Assembly: GCA_046045965.1 (NCBI GenBank)
Contig: JBJOKS010000006.1
Span: 32,001-96,000, forward strand
DNA: 64,000 nucleotides
From: Cyanobacteriota bacterium
Lineage (GTDB): Bacteria > Cyanobacteriota > Cyanobacteriia > Cyanobacteriales > Nostocaceae
Direction of reading: 5' to 3'
In this document: positions 1 to 10,455 of the stretch, in pieces
Numbering within the stretch: the stretch's first letter is position 1
Layout of the letters: the number at the start of each line of letters is the position of its first letter
Notes under the pieces: model-generated
What the model was told of the DNA's origin: nothing
The model's database searches: none
What the model saw: only the letters and a program-made list of their open reading frames with translations
Translations under genes and position numbers: made by a program

Positions 1-66
1 AGGTAATAGGTAATAGGTAATAGGTAATAGTTAATTAATTTAACCCAATCCCCAGTCCCCAGTCCC
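1..66. repeat. Heptamer tandem repeats (STRR): (AGGTAAT)x4 and CCCCART-type
   Basis: Tandem 7-mers visible in sequence, typical of Nostocales intergenic DNA. Confidence 0.9.
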
Positions 67-180
67 TAATTTCCTGATTTTTCTTCACCTAAAATGATTA
101 CAATTAGTGTTGATGCTAGATAATGGGAAAGCCTTGACATTTATTCACCCCTCTAGCCCGAAAAAAAAGAACTAATCACT

Positions 181-1968
181 ATGCGAACTCACTATTGCGG
201 CGAACTCCGAAAAGAGCATATTGGAGAAACTGTTACCTTTTATGGATGGGTAGACCGTCGCCGCGATCATGGGGGCGTGATATTCTTAGATTTACGCGAT
301 CGCTCAGGCATAGTACAAATTGTCAGCGATCCGCAACGCACCCCAGACTCCTACGAACAGGCCAACGCCATACGCAATGAATACGTTGTTAAAATCACAG
401 GTAGAGTCACCCAACGCCCCGCAGAATCCCTGAATCCCCGCATTCCTACCGGTGCAGTAGAAATTTACGCGGATCAAATTGAACTCCTCAACGCTGTCCG
501 CAAACAGTTACCTTTCCAAGTTTCCACCGCAGACACAGAAAACGTGCGGGAAGACTTGCGGTTAAAATATCGTTATTTAGACTTGCGACGGGAACGCATG
601 GCGCAAAATATGCAACTGCGTCATCAAGTCATTAAAGCAATGCGTCGCTATTTGGAAGATACAGAAGGTTTCATCGAAATTGAAACCCCAGTGCTTACCC
701 GTTCCACTCCTGAAGGTGCGCGTGATTATATCCTTCCCAGTCGCGTTAATGAAGGTGAATGGTTCGCTTTACCTCAGTCACCCCAACTATTTAAGCAAAT
801 ATTGATGGTATCGGGTATGGATAGATACTATCAAATTGCGCGATGTTTCCGCGATGAAGATTTACGCGCAGACAGACAACCGGAGTTTACACAATTAGAT
901 ATGGAAATGAGTTTCATGTCTGAAAATGAAATTATTGAACTCAATGAAAAGTTAGTTTGTCACATTTTCAAAACCGTTAAAGGAATTGATTTACCTCGTC
1001 CTTTTCCGCGTCTCACCTACAAAGATGCGATGAATAAATATGGAAGTGATAAACCAGATACCCGCTACGGTTTGGAATTAGTTGATGTTTCTGATGTTTT
1101 AAAAGATTCGGGTTTCAAAGTTTTTAAAGATGCAATTTCCAAAGGTGGAATAGTTAAAATTCTCCCTATTCCTAACGGTAATGATGCAATTTCTAATGTT
1201 CGCATTAAACCAAATGGTGACATTTTCAGAGAAGCAGCAGAAGCTGGTGCGAAAGGTTTAGCTTATATCCGCGTGCGGGAAAATGGAGAAATTGACACCA
1301 TCGGCGCAATTAAAGATAATTTGACACCAGAACAAAAGCAGGAAATTCTCAACCGTACAGGTGCAAAAGCTGGTCATTTGTTATTATTTGCGGCTGCTGA
1401 TGCTGGTACTGTGAATAAAACTTTAGATAGAATTCGCCAATTTGTAGCTAGGGAATTTAATTTAATTCCAGCAGATAACATTAATTTCCTCTGGGTTACA
1501 GAATTCCCGATGTTTGAATGGAATGCTGATGAAAAACGTCTGGAAGCATTACACCACCCATTTACCGCACCCCATCCTGATGATTTGCATGATTTAAAAA
1601 CCGCCCGCGCTCAAGCCTATGATTTGGTGTTTAATGGGTTTGAAGTTGGTGGTGGAAGTCTGCGAATTTATAAGCGAGAAATTCAAGAACAGGTGTTTGA
1701 AGCTATTGGTTTATCACCAGAAGAAGCACAAAGTAAATTTGGCTTTTTGTTAGAAGCTTTTGAATATGGTACACCTCCTCATGGTGGTATTGCTTACGGT
1801 GTAGATCGTTTGGTAATGTTGTTAGCTGGAGAAGAATCAATTCGTGATGTGATTGCTTTTCCGAAGACTCAACAAGCGCGTTGTTTATTAACAGATGCAC
1901 CTTCAAATGTGGACGCGAAGCAGTTGAAAGAACTTCATGTTGCTTCGACTTTTAAACCGAAAGCGTAA
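181..1968 (+). CDS. aspS: Aspartate--tRNA ligase (probably non-discriminating Asp/Asn)
   Basis: MRTHYCG start, [25 protein letters not shown] motif 2, [12 protein letters not shown] motif 3. Confidence 0.98.
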   Translation: MRTHYCGELRKEHIGETVTFYGWVDRRRDHGGVIFLDLRDRSGIVQIVSDPQRTPDSYEQANAIRNEYVVKITGRVTQRPAESLNPRIPTGAVEIYADQIELLNAVRKQLPFQVSTADTENVREDLRLKYRYLDLRRERMAQNMQLRHQVIKAMRRYLEDTEGFIEIETPVLTRSTPEGARDYILPSRVNEGEWFALPQSPQLFKQILMVSGMDRYYQIARCFRDEDLRADRQPEFTQLDMEMSFMSENEIIELNEKLVCHIFKTVKGIDLPRPFPRLTYKDAMNKYGSDKPDTRYGLELVDVSDVLKDSGFKVFKDAISKGGIVKILPIPNGNDAISNVRIKPNGDIFREAAEAGAKGLAYIRVRENGEIDTIGAIKDNLTPEQKQEILNRTGAKAGHLLLFAAADAGTVNKTLDRIRQFVAREFNLIPADNINFLWVTEFPMFEWNADEKRLEALHHPFTAPHPDDLHDLKTARAQAYDLVFNGFEVGGGSLRIYKREIQEQVFEAIGLSPEEAQSKFGFLLEAFEYGTPPHGGIAYGVDRLVMLLAGEESIRDVIAFPKTQQARCLLTDAPSNVDAKQLKELHVASTFKPKA

Positions 1969-1989
1969 GTGATTACAACTTTTGTTATT

Positions 1990-2025
1990 CCCTCTGCTAA
2001 GTTTTTAGTGGAGGGTTTATTTTTT
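1990..2025 (+). terminator. Intrinsic terminator of aspS
   Basis: CCCTCTGCTAA/TTAGTGGAGGG stem followed by a T-rich run. Confidence 0.7.
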
Positions 2026-2035
2026 ATGATTTATT

Positions 2036-2062
2036 TCACGCAGAGACGCAGAGGAGCAGAGA
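2036..2062 (+). repeat. Short dispersed repeat TCACGCAGAG(A/G)CGCAGAG..., left arm
   Basis: 25/27 inverted match to 3045-3071. Confidence 0.85.
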
Positions 2063-2113
2063 AGAGAAAAAGAGTATGGTATAAAAATATATTAGTTATA
2101 TTTGTGAGATAAG

Positions 2114-3025
2114 ATGTCAATTCCTGATTTTCAATCTATTATGCTTCCTTTGTTGCAATATGCAGGTGATGGTAAGGAGCATTCTTTAAGAGAAGCTATT
2201 ATATCTTTAGCTGATATTTTTAATTTAAGTGATGAGGAAAAAAAGGAATTATTACCCAGTGGACAGCAAGCTGTTTTTGATAATAGAGTAGGTTGGACTA
2301 GAACTCATTTGAAAAAAGCTGGTTTATTACAAGATCCAAAACGTGGTTTTTTTCAAATTACAGAACGAGGAAAGGAAGTATTAAGTCAAAATCCTGCGGA
2401 AATTAATCTCAAGTTTCTTAATCAATTTCCAGAGTTTATAGAATTTAAAACCAGTAAAAAAGATAATGATAAATCAGAATCAGAAATAATAGAAATATCT
2501 GAAACTACTCCGCAAGAATCTATAGAATTTGGTTATCAGAAAATTAGAAAAGAATTAGAGTTAGAAATATTGAACCGTGTTAAAAGCTGTTCACCTGATT
2601 TTTTTGAACGGTTGGTAGTCGATTTATTGGTAAAAATGGGTTACGGTGGTTCAAGACGTGATGCAGGGAGAGCGATTGGTAAAGGTGGAGATGGGGGAAT
2701 TGATGGGATAATTAAAGAAGATAAATTAGGTTTAGATATTGTTTATATTCAAGCAAAAAGATGGGATAACACGGTTGTGGGTAGACCGGAAATTCAAAAG
2801 TTTGTCGGTGCTTTACATGGACAAAGAGCGAGAAAAGGTGTTTTTATAACTACTTCTAAATTTTCCCAAGAAGCTAGAGAATATGTATCTATAATAGATA
2901 GTAAGATTGTTTTAATAGATGGACAAGAATTAGCGCAATTAATGATTGATAATCATGTGGGTGTATCAACTGTCTCTATTTACGAGATTAAAAAAATAGA
3001 TTCAGACTATTTTACAGATGAGTAA
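2114..3025 (+). CDS. mrr: Mrr-type (type IV) restriction endonuclease
   Basis: Mrr N-terminal domain (MSIPDFQSIMLPLL...NRVGWTRTHLKKAGLL) and catalytic DGGIDG...IQAKRW. Confidence 0.93.
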   Translation: MSIPDFQSIMLPLLQYAGDGKEHSLREAIISLADIFNLSDEEKKELLPSGQQAVFDNRVGWTRTHLKKAGLLQDPKRGFFQITERGKEVLSQNPAEINLKFLNQFPEFIEFKTSKKDNDKSESEIIEISETTPQESIEFGYQKIRKELELEILNRVKSCSPDFFERLVVDLLVKMGYGGSRRDAGRAIGKGGDGGIDGIIKEDKLGLDIVYIQAKRWDNTVVGRPEIQKFVGALHGQRARKGVFITTSKFSQEAREYVSIIDSKIVLIDGQELAQLMIDNHVGVSTVSIYEIKKIDSDYFTDE

Positions 3026-3044
3026 TCAAAAACCTCAATCTTCC

Positions 3045-3071
3045 TCTCTGCGCCTCTGCGCCTCTGCGTGA
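3045..3071 (-). repeat. Short dispersed repeat, right arm (inverted)
   Basis: Inverted copy of 2036-2062. Confidence 0.85.
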
Positions 3072-3085
3072 GATATTCTTATATT

Positions 3086-3116
3086 AAAAAACAGGGGAAA
3101 ATCAAAAATCCCCTGT
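3086..3116 (-). terminator. Intrinsic terminator downstream of aroA
   Basis: ACAGGGGA/TCCCCTGT stem with A-run on the + strand. Confidence 0.65.
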
Positions 3117-3121
3117 CAAAT

Positions 3122-4471
3122 TTATCGACAAACTTCCTCTAAAGTGCTGGTAAAATTAGGATAAGAAATAGCCGCAGCTTCCGCACGGTGAATAGTCGTA
3201 GTACCACTAGCATTGAGAGCAGCGATCGCTAAACTCATTCCTATTCTATGATCTGTATGGCTGTCTACCTCCGCACCCATTAAAGCAGTACCACCAGTAA
3301 TTTCCATCCCATCGGGTAATTCTGTCACTTTTGCACCCATTTTATTGAGTTGTTGCGCCATCACGGTAATGCGATCGCTCTCTTTAACCCGCAATTCTGC
3401 CGCATCTCTAATAATTGTTGTCCCTTGGGCAAACGTCGCAGCTACCGCTAAAATGGGAATTTCATCAATTAATCTCGGTATAATATCCCCAGCAATAGTA
3501 CAGCTTTTTAACTGACTAGAACGCACCCGTAAATCTGCGACCGGTTCCCCAGCCACTTCTCGCTGATTTTCTAGCTGGATATCTGCACCCATCATTGCTA
3601 AAGCTTCTAAAATTCCCGTGCGGGTAGGGTTCACACCTACATTTTCCACCACCAACTCAGAACCGGGAACAATAGAACCCGCAACTAACCAAAAAGCCGC
3701 AGAACTAATATCACCAGGAACAACAACTTTTTGACCGTATAACCTCGCATTTCCTGTTACAGTCACGCTGTTAGTCTCCGGGTCTATACTTAATTCTGCC
3801 CCAAAAGCCCTTAACATCCGTTCGCTGTGATCTCGTGATAAAGCAGGTTCACTGACAGTAGTTTTACCGTCAGTGTTTAAACCAGCCAGCAAAATACAGG
3901 ATTTTACCTGCGCCGAAGCGATGGGAGAATGATAATGAATCGGTTTAAGTGCTTGTCCTTGAATTGCTAAGGGTGCTAGGGTGTTACCTTTGCGTCCCCA
4001 AATTTCTGCGGCCATTTGTTGTAAAGGTTTGACAACACGGGACATGGGACGCGATCGCAAAGAATCATCACCTGTCACCGTAAAAAACCGCCCAGGATGG
4101 GAAGCTAACAAACCTAACATCAGTCTGATGGTTGTTCCAGAGTTACCCGCGTTCAACACATCCACAGGTTCTTGAAAGTTCCCTAAACCAATACCTTTAA
4201 CCCGCACCAACTCTGTATTTAATTCGGAAATTTCCGCACCCAGCGCCCGAAAACAGTGAGCAGTGCTGCGGGGATCTTCACCCAAAAGCAGTCCTTGAAT
4301 CTCAGTTTCACCTTCAGCGATCGCACCCAACATCAAAGCCCGATGGGAAATTGATTTATCCCCAGGAACTCGGATGCGACCCTGTAGAGACAGGCCAGCG
4401 GGGGGTCGCTGAATAATTAGGTTATGAGAAGCGTTTTCTTGAGTTTCTAAAGTTATAACAGCAGCCGACAT
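3122..4471 (-). CDS. aroA: 3-phosphoshikimate 1-carboxyvinyltransferase (EPSP synthase)
   Basis: [34 protein letters not shown] motifs. Confidence 0.98.
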   Translation of the reverse strand: MSAAVITLETQENASHNLIIQRPPAGLSLQGRIRVPGDKSISHRALMLGAIAEGETEIQGLLLGEDPRSTAHCFRALGAEISELNTELVRVKGIGLGNFQEPVDVLNAGNSGTTIRLMLGLLASHPGRFFTVTGDDSLRSRPMSRVVKPLQQMAAEIWGRKGNTLAPLAIQGQALKPIHYHSPIASAQVKSCILLAGLNTDGKTTVSEPALSRDHSERMLRAFGAELSIDPETNSVTVTGNARLYGQKVVVPGDISSAAFWLVAGSIVPGSELVVENVGVNPTRTGILEALAMMGADIQLENQREVAGEPVADLRVRSSQLKSCTIAGDIIPRLIDEIPILAVAATFAQGTTIIRDAAELRVKESDRITVMAQQLNKMGAKVTELPDGMEITGGTALMGAEVDSHTDHRIGMSLAIAALNASGTTTIHRAEAAAISYPNFTSTLEEVCR

Positions 4472-4866
4472 TAGTATAAACTAGCTTTTGAATAGATTGG
4501 AAATTTCTCAGTGACTTCTGATGCTGCCACTCCCTAGTATCCTACCGCTTTTCGTCGTCCGCAACTTACTCAAATCTGCCCAAGTTTAATAGATAATACA
4601 GATGAATTATGGAGTGTGGAAAATTCTAAGTTTTGACAAAAATATTCACAACCTTGATTTACAGACTGACTATACCTAGAAAAAACATCATTTTCGCGGT
4701 TTAGCTTTCGATCCTATCTTTTTGCATCTTGATTTGTCTAGATTAACAAATTAGTAGATTCGGTTAATATTAAGCAGGTTTTACTATTTAGTTGCTTAAA
4801 CTCACTTTTTAGATCACCTAGTGTTCATTTGATTTTATTCTACAGCTTCTCACACTTATTGCTCTC

Positions 4867-5379
4867 ATGCTCACCCATCACCGCAAACCTGTTTGTTTAT
4901 CAATTATTTCCACAGACTTACCAGTTTGGTCTGTTATGGAAACTGCTGGAACACTGTATCAAAAAGATACAGATCAATTTCATTTACTATTGACAGCACC
5001 ACCTCTAATTAGTTGTGAAATAGGAAGTTTACTGAGTCCAGAAGATACCCTTCATCAGACTAGAAAAAATCTTGACACACCCACCAGTCCCAGAATTTTG
5101 TGGTTGGAAATATCCCCTTACCGAGTAACTATGACTATGCAAGGTAACACTCAAGTAAGTTATCGACATTTCTGGGAACAAGGCGTTTATGGTATTAGTC
5201 GCTATTGGTTGCCCAATGAATCTTTACAACCACAAAAGCCAATTCGCTTACGTAATTTTACTAATAGCTTGAACCTCAGCAGACAAGGTTTACCAGAACA
5301 TTTGCGAATTGAGTATGAATTGTGGTCAGACAAACTCCAATTGGGACGCTATATACTGAATTTGGAAATCGACAACTGA
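4867..5379 (+). CDS. Hypothetical protein, cyanobacterial type
   Basis: 170-aa ORF divergent from aroA, protein-like composition. Confidence 0.75.
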   Translation: MLTHHRKPVCLSIISTDLPVWSVMETAGTLYQKDTDQFHLLLTAPPLISCEIGSLLSPEDTLHQTRKNLDTPTSPRILWLEISPYRVTMTMQGNTQVSYRHFWEQGVYGISRYWLPNESLQPQKPIRLRNFTNSLNLSRQGLPEHLRIEYELWSDKLQLGRYILNLEIDN

Positions 5380-5408
5380 TAATTTTTAGTTGTTCAGTTA
5401 TCAGTTGT

Positions 5409-5440
5409 CCCTGTTCCCTGTTCCCTGTCACCTGTTCCCT
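5409..5440. repeat. STRR (CCTGTTC)n
   Basis: Tandem heptamers between convergent genes. Confidence 0.85.
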
Positions 5441-5445
5441 ATTTA

Positions 5446-6021
5446 CTAATAACCAGGTTCGTTTCCTGGTTTCCATTTAATATTGCACCCAATACTCGGC
5501 TGTTGTTCACTTGTAACTGCTTGATCAGCCAAAACAGCTTCAATTGCTGCTCGTAAATCTGCACCTGTGACCGGTTTATTATTACTAGGGCGGCTATCAT
5601 CTAATTGTCCGCGATACACTAGGTTTCTTTGGTGATCAAATAGGAAAAAATCAGGTGTGCAAGCTGCTGTGTAAGCTTTTGCTGTGGCTTGGGTTTCGTC
5701 GTAACACAAAGGAAATTTAAATCCTAACTCAGCTGCCATTTCTTTTAATGATTCAGGTGCATCATTGGGGTAGTTTTGAGCATCGTTAGCACTAATAGCA
5801 ACAATTCCTAAATCAGTATTGAAGTAATCTTTTCCTAATTGGGCTAATTCTGTTTGAATATGCTTGACAAATGGACAATGCCGACAAATAAACATCACTA
5901 GTAATGCTTTTTTGTCTGCAAAATTAGCCAGTGAAATATTCTCTCCAGATACCACTTCTGGTAGATGAAATTCTGGTGCTTTAGTACCTAGCGGTAACAT
6001 TGTTGAAGCAGTTAAAACCAT
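5446..6021 (-). CDS. Thioredoxin-fold AhpC/TSA family protein
   Basis: FICRHCPFV, ACTPDFF, YRGQLDDSRP, SIGCNIKW. Confidence 0.92.
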   Translation of the reverse strand: MVLTASTMLPLGTKAPEFHLPEVVSGENISLANFADKKALLVMFICRHCPFVKHIQTELAQLGKDYFNTDLGIVAISANDAQNYPNDAPESLKEMAAELGFKFPLCYDETQATAKAYTAACTPDFFLFDHQRNLVYRGQLDDSRPSNNKPVTGADLRAAIEAVLADQAVTSEQQPSIGCNIKWKPGNEPGY

Positions 6022-6085
6022 AGATTCCCCTTTGCTTAATGCTTACAACATACCATGAAATTTTTTCAAAAATTCCCAAAATTAA

Positions 6086-6105
6086 AGACGGGAATTTTCC
6101 CGTCT
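6086..6105 (-). terminator. Hairpin terminator after hli gene
   Basis: AGACGGGAA/TTCCCGTCT stem. Confidence 0.55.
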
Positions 6106-6149
6106 CTCTAATTTTTAAACTGTTTTTTAAGCAAATTTTTAATTATTTT

Positions 6150-6365
6150 TTACAGGCTGGACAAAATTCCGATCACACCGTGTCCTGTGAATACCTCTAA
6201 TGCTATCAGTGAAATGAAACCAATCATTGCTAAACGACCGTTGAGTAGTTCTGCGTAGGGTGTAAAGCCAGTGCGATCGCCTTGTTCGTCTATATATATC
6301 TTTGGCTCAACCGCGAAGTTATTCATTTTACCTTGGTCGTCAATCATAGAACCGCTTGCACGCAT
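6150..6365 (-). CDS. High-light-inducible protein (Hli, chlorophyll a/b-binding family)
   Basis: GFTPYAELLNGRLAMIGF motif. Confidence 0.95.
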   Translation of the reverse strand: MRASGSMIDDQGKMNNFAVEPKIYIDEQGDRTGFTPYAELLNGRLAMIGFISLIALEVFTGHGVIGILSSL

Positions 6366-6389
6366 TGGTTTATTTCCTTAATTTTTCGT

Positions 6390-6407
6390 TATGTAAAGAA
6401 CTGTAAC
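6390..6407 (-). promoter_or_regulatory. HLR1 (RpaB-binding) direct repeat upstream of hli
   Basis: Minus strand reads GTTACAGT-TC-TTTACATA, close to the (G/T)TTACA(T/A)(T/A)-N2 repeat consensus. Confidence 0.7.
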
Positions 6408-6564
6408 AATAAAATTAATATTTGTAAAGTATCTTGAGCATCTATAGCTATAAATCAAGGTAGAGATATGATCATCCATTGGGTGTAATTTCTCCCATCT
6501 TGCATAAATCAACTTTCTATCAAGTCAGTTGCTGTTTTTATAAAAATCCTTAGTCTTGAGTAAT

Positions 6565-7287
6565 ATGGATAAATTTAGAGTAGAAATTATTGCTAAAACG
6601 CCAAACCCCCAACAAGTCATTTATGCTGCAATGCACCAAGACTATACAGATGGGTTTGTTTATGATCAACGTGACTCCTGGCCTTCAGAGTCAAAATGTG
6701 GTGAAATTATTGTCAAGCAACTCCTAGCAGGAGAAAGAGGACATTACGGACCATTAGAACATCCGCAAATAATTTTTAACTGTGGTTACTTTCCTCATAG
6801 CGTGATGCAGCAAGCACGCACCCATAGGGTAGGTGTATCATTTGATGTGCAATCTTTCCGATACACTGGCAACCAGTTTATTGAAGTGGTAGAAGGTAAA
6901 AAAGATATAGAAGATGTTTTTTACTTACGTCCTGTTGGTTATTACACCGATAGACAAGGAAAAAAATATTATTATTCACCAGAAAAAAGAGCAGCAGACT
7001 TGCAATGGTGTTTAGAAGCTGCAAAACAATACAAAATAGACTTTGAAGCTGGAATGTCTGAGGAACATATCAGAGGTAAAATGCCCTTTGATTATCGTCA
7101 ACATTTTATTGTAAGTTTTAATGTTAGGTCATTTTTACATTTTTCTGATTTGAGAAATAAGAAAGATGCTCAACTAGAAATTCAAAAGTTATGTGAATTA
7201 ATGTGGCCTCATTTTGAAGAATGGATTCCTGCAATAGCTGAATGGTACAAAAAATACCGATTGGGTAAAGGAAGATTAGCACCTTAA
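6565..7287 (+). CDS. thyX: FAD-dependent thymidylate synthase
   Basis: GHYGPLEH and QQARTHRVGVSFDVQSFRY; ATG 6565 preferred over TTG 6556. Confidence 0.93.
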   Translation: MDKFRVEIIAKTPNPQQVIYAAMHQDYTDGFVYDQRDSWPSESKCGEIIVKQLLAGERGHYGPLEHPQIIFNCGYFPHSVMQQARTHRVGVSFDVQSFRYTGNQFIEVVEGKKDIEDVFYLRPVGYYTDRQGKKYYYSPEKRAADLQWCLEAAKQYKIDFEAGMSEEHIRGKMPFDYRQHFIVSFNVRSFLHFSDLRNKKDAQLEIQKLCELMWPHFEEWIPAIAEWYKKYRLGKGRLAP

Positions 7288-7291
7288 AATA

Positions 7292-7360
7292 AAATGGTAA
7301 TTCAAAGTATTTACTAAAGGTATAACTTTGACCAGGTTGAAGAATACGAGGACGACTCAT
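7292..7360 (-). pseudogene. N-terminal remnant (about 23 aa) of a cyanobacterial hypothetical protein
   Basis: MSRPRILQPGQSYTFSKYFELPF starts 4 nt after the upstream stop, then runs into the antisense of thyX. Confidence 0.55.
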
Positions 7361-7364
7361 AAAA

Positions 7365-7790
7365 TCATGTACATTGATTCTGATAGATTTTTAAATTTTC
7401 AACAGACTGTAAATATTCTAACAATAACAATCTCAAGTAATCCAACACCCTAATATAATCCTTCATCTGTTCATACTTGCCATTACTGTTAAAGTAAAAT
7501 TCCCCAATTTGGGTGATACTAAAAACTCGCATTGCTTGTAATTGAGAAATTACCTGCTCCTTATTAACTATTTGAGATGTAGCTGCAATTTGACTGGCAT
7601 AACCTCTTAAATTTACTGTTAAAAGTTCAATTTCTTCTAACAGTGAAAACTCTTCATTTTCTGGTGGAAACTGAGTAGCAATTTCTTTTCTTTCACTGCG
7701 GGTATTTTGATAAGCATTGGTTAATTGTGGTAATAATTGAGCAATATTTCTCTTAATTAATTCCTGCTCATTTAAAATTGCTTCAGTCAT
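7365..7790 (-). CDS. Hypothetical protein, possible immunity/antitoxin partner
   Basis: GGAG precedes ATG 7790; overlaps the stop of the upstream fragment. Confidence 0.75.
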   Translation of the reverse strand: MTEAILNEQELIKRNIAQLLPQLTNAYQNTRSERKEIATQFPPENEEFSLLEEIELLTVNLRGYASQIAATSQIVNKEQVISQLQAMRVFSITQIGEFYFNSNGKYEQMKDYIRVLDYLRLLLLEYLQSVENLKIYQNQCT

Positions 7791-7989
7791 CGTTAACTCC
7801 ATAAGTAACTATCTTTTCGCTACCATATTTGTCTGGTCTGACAATCAGATATTCATTACCTTTTCGATATACTGCTGAACTATCTCCACGATATCCAGTT
7901 TTTGGAACTCTGACTGCTCCTTTTTTATTAAAGTTATGAGCTTTGCGTAAATACTTTAACGGGTCAATATCACTTTTCTGCTTTTGAAA
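7783..7989 (-). pseudogene. 5'-truncated basic toxin/nuclease-like fragment
   Basis: Start-less open frame of 68 codons (..DPLKYLRKAHNFNKKGAVRV...KIVTYGVNDD*) translationally coupled to the next gene; not in the ORF track. Confidence 0.6.
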
Positions 7990-7990
7990 T

Positions 7991-8572
7991 TTAAACCCTA
8001 GCTAAAGTTACAACACCTAACTGGTCTTGGTACTTACCCTGGCGTGCTTCGTAATTCACAGCACAAGGCGCTCCTTCCAAAAACATTAATTGTACTATAC
8101 CTTCATTGGCATAAATACGACAGTCAGCACTAGAAGCATTAGATAACTCCAAGGTCAAATAACCGCGCCAAGCCGCTTCCGCAGGAGTTACGTTTGCTAT
8201 TATACCACATCTTGCGTAAGTGCTTTTACCTATACAGATTACTGTAATATTATCTGGTATTTCTAGTCTTTCCAGCGCCACCCCAAGTCCGTAGGAATGT
8301 GCTGGAAGGATAAAATAACTACCATTTTCATCGGTATGGAGTTTCGTTGCTTCCAAGTTTTCGGGATTAAAATTTTTAGGATCAACTACAGTTCCTGGAA
8401 TATGTCTAAAAATACGGAAATCATTAGCAGATAGCCTGATATCATAGCCAAAGCTACTAAGGCCAAATGAAATTACAGGTAGTTCTTCAAAATGACGGAT
8501 TAAACTCGGCTCAAAAGGCGAAATCATACCTTTTTGAGCCATTTCGGTAATCCAGATATCGTTCTTAATCAC
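7991..8572 (-). CDS. dcd: dCTP deaminase
   Basis: SFGLSSFGYDIRL, GKSTYARCG, TPAEAAWRG. Confidence 0.95.
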   Translation of the reverse strand: MIKNDIWITEMAQKGMISPFEPSLIRHFEELPVISFGLSSFGYDIRLSANDFRIFRHIPGTVVDPKNFNPENLEATKLHTDENGSYFILPAHSYGLGVALERLEIPDNITVICIGKSTYARCGIIANVTPAEAAWRGYLTLELSNASSADCRIYANEGIVQLMFLEGAPCAVNYEARQGKYQDQLGVVTLARV

Positions 8573-8788
8573 AAATTCACGGGTAATTCAAACCAAGTTA
8601 ATAGGATATCGTGAATTGGTATTTTCTTTAAGACCATTTATATAAAAATGTGGCTATATTGGCTAAAGCATAGACGAAAAATATTGCCATAGACTTCAGC
8701 ATCTACCTGATGTAGTGCAGCAGAACTAATTATTAAATTCTCAAAACCGTATATATTTACTTATACATTTGAGGACTTGTACTGATTT

Positions 8789-8817
8789 AAAACGAGCGCG
8801 GCAGGGTTCGAACCTGC
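8789..8817. repeat. att site: 29-bp direct repeat of the tRNA-Arg 3' end
   Basis: AAAACGAGCGCGGCAGGGTTCGAACCTGC is identical to 10379-10407. Confidence 0.95.
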
Positions 8818-8893
8818 CTCATAACCTTAAACCCTTATGATTACGTTACTCAAGGTTTACTCACATCAAACCAAGAAAACAAGTGAGTAAAAA

Positions 8894-9835
8894 GTGAGTA
8901 AAAAAATAGAAGTTGGTGGTGACGGTAATTTTGGCAATTTTGAAGACCTGCTTAAATACTATAAAACAGTGTCAACACAATTACCCAAAGGTATTAGCTT
9001 TAAAAAACAAGGTAAGTACCTGTATCTACAGTTTGTGCATCCAGGAACCACATCGAGATTACCAGGGAAAGTAGATTACGGTTTTAGCTACAAAGGTCTT
9101 ATCAAAGCAAAAGAGGACGCGTTTAGAGTTGCTGAAAAGTTAGATACCATAACCAGCGTTACTGACTTTTGGGAGTGGTACGAGAGAGAGATACAAGGCA
9201 AGAAGGAAGTAATTGACAATAGAATTACCTACCGCGAGATTTTTGAAAAGATACGAGATAATTATTTTTCCGGCAAACATAAAAATAATTCAAGACATAA
9301 ACGCAATAAAGCCGGAATAAGTGAAAATGCAAGCTTTAATAATGTTTACGGATATGTGTTTAAGCGGTTTACTGACTGGGATAAACAGCCTACTTGGGAA
9401 GATATCAAAGCTGTTTTATTTAGCTGGGAACAAGGAAGTAAATCTTTCAAGGATAGCTACACGGTAATCAAAAAAATTATCAGCTATTGTCCTAACAAAG
9501 ATAAGTTACTAGCTTTATTATCTGAAATTAACTACAAACAAACTGATTTTAAGGAAAAACAATCAATTAGCTTAGAGCAGTTTTTAATATGGCATGATAA
9601 AGCATTAAATGATGCTAACGATAGGTATAGAGATAACCGAGAATGCTGGTTATGGGTAGCGTCAATGTGTGTGGTTTACGGCTTACGTCCATCTGAAATA
9701 GCAGCAGCATTAAACCTCACAAAACCACCTTTTTCACCCCAAAGCATAACTCCTCTGAACTCGACGAAAAAAAGATTGGGAGTGCTGCTAATGAACTTAG
9801 TCAAGGGTGAGCTTGCGAGTTTACAAAGCCCTTGA
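8894..9835 (+). pseudogene. C-terminally truncated tyrosine recombinase/integrase
   Basis: Box I-like VYGLRPSEI near the end; no HxxR or catalytic Tyr region follows; sequence looks unrelated after about 9727. Confidence 0.75.
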
Positions 9836-10382
9836 CTTAGTGAATGCAGCACGTAAAATTTAGCCGCGAGTTCAAGAGATTGTCCCTTGTAAGTCATTTT
9901 TTATTTTATTAAATGATTTTATTTAATAAATTCACTCACAAACACTAAAATCATGAGTTTCTAATAGGTCAAATGTACTATTTGCCAGGGTTTTCTCAAT
10001 AGTGAATACTTATTGATAATAAAAATACTCTGATTTGCTGTTATTTTGACCTGTACCAAATGAATATGGAAAACCACACTAGGTTAGGTGGTTTCGTTTG
10101 TTGTAGAGGAAAATAGCTGTAACTCAGATAGGGTAAGTATTCTAGCTGCCAATATGTCTGTACTAAGGTAGTATGTTTGTCCTATTGCCACTAATTTGAT
10201 GACTTGCTACTGTGAAGCATCTACTAAGTGATTACTAATACATAAGTACCATAGTATGTATGTATTGGTTGTTTACTCAATTGACCTGGTGTATAGTTAG
10301 CTGTTGAGTAAATTTTGAGTAAATTTAGGTGCAGGTTTTGTGGGTTGGGTGTGAAAATCCCGTTCCATAAGCATTAAAAAAA

Positions 10383-10455
10383 CGAGCGCGGCAGGGTTCG
10401 AACCTGCGACCGATTGCTTAGAAGGCAATTGCTCTATCCACTGAGCTACGCGCCC
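10383..10455 (-). tRNA. trnR: tRNA-Arg (anticodon UCU)
   Basis: Reverse complement GGGCGCGTAGCTCAGTGGATAGAGCAATTGCCTTCTAAGCAATCGGTCGCAGGTTCGAACCCTGCCGCGCTCG folds as a cloverleaf; CCA not encoded. Confidence 0.97.

Larger units (their letters stand above)
8789..10407. mobile_element. Decayed tRNA-Arg-integrated element (about 1.6 kb)
   Basis: Flanking att repeats, truncated integrase, repeated TGAGTAA sites at both ends. Confidence 0.85.

Noticed and set aside
6565..8572. thyX and dcd as phage nucleotide-metabolism cargo
   Set aside because: Both lie outside the att sites and look like normal host genes; no phage structural genes are present
8789..8817. Second tRNA gene
   Set aside because: Only the T-arm and 3' acceptor strand are present; it is an att duplication
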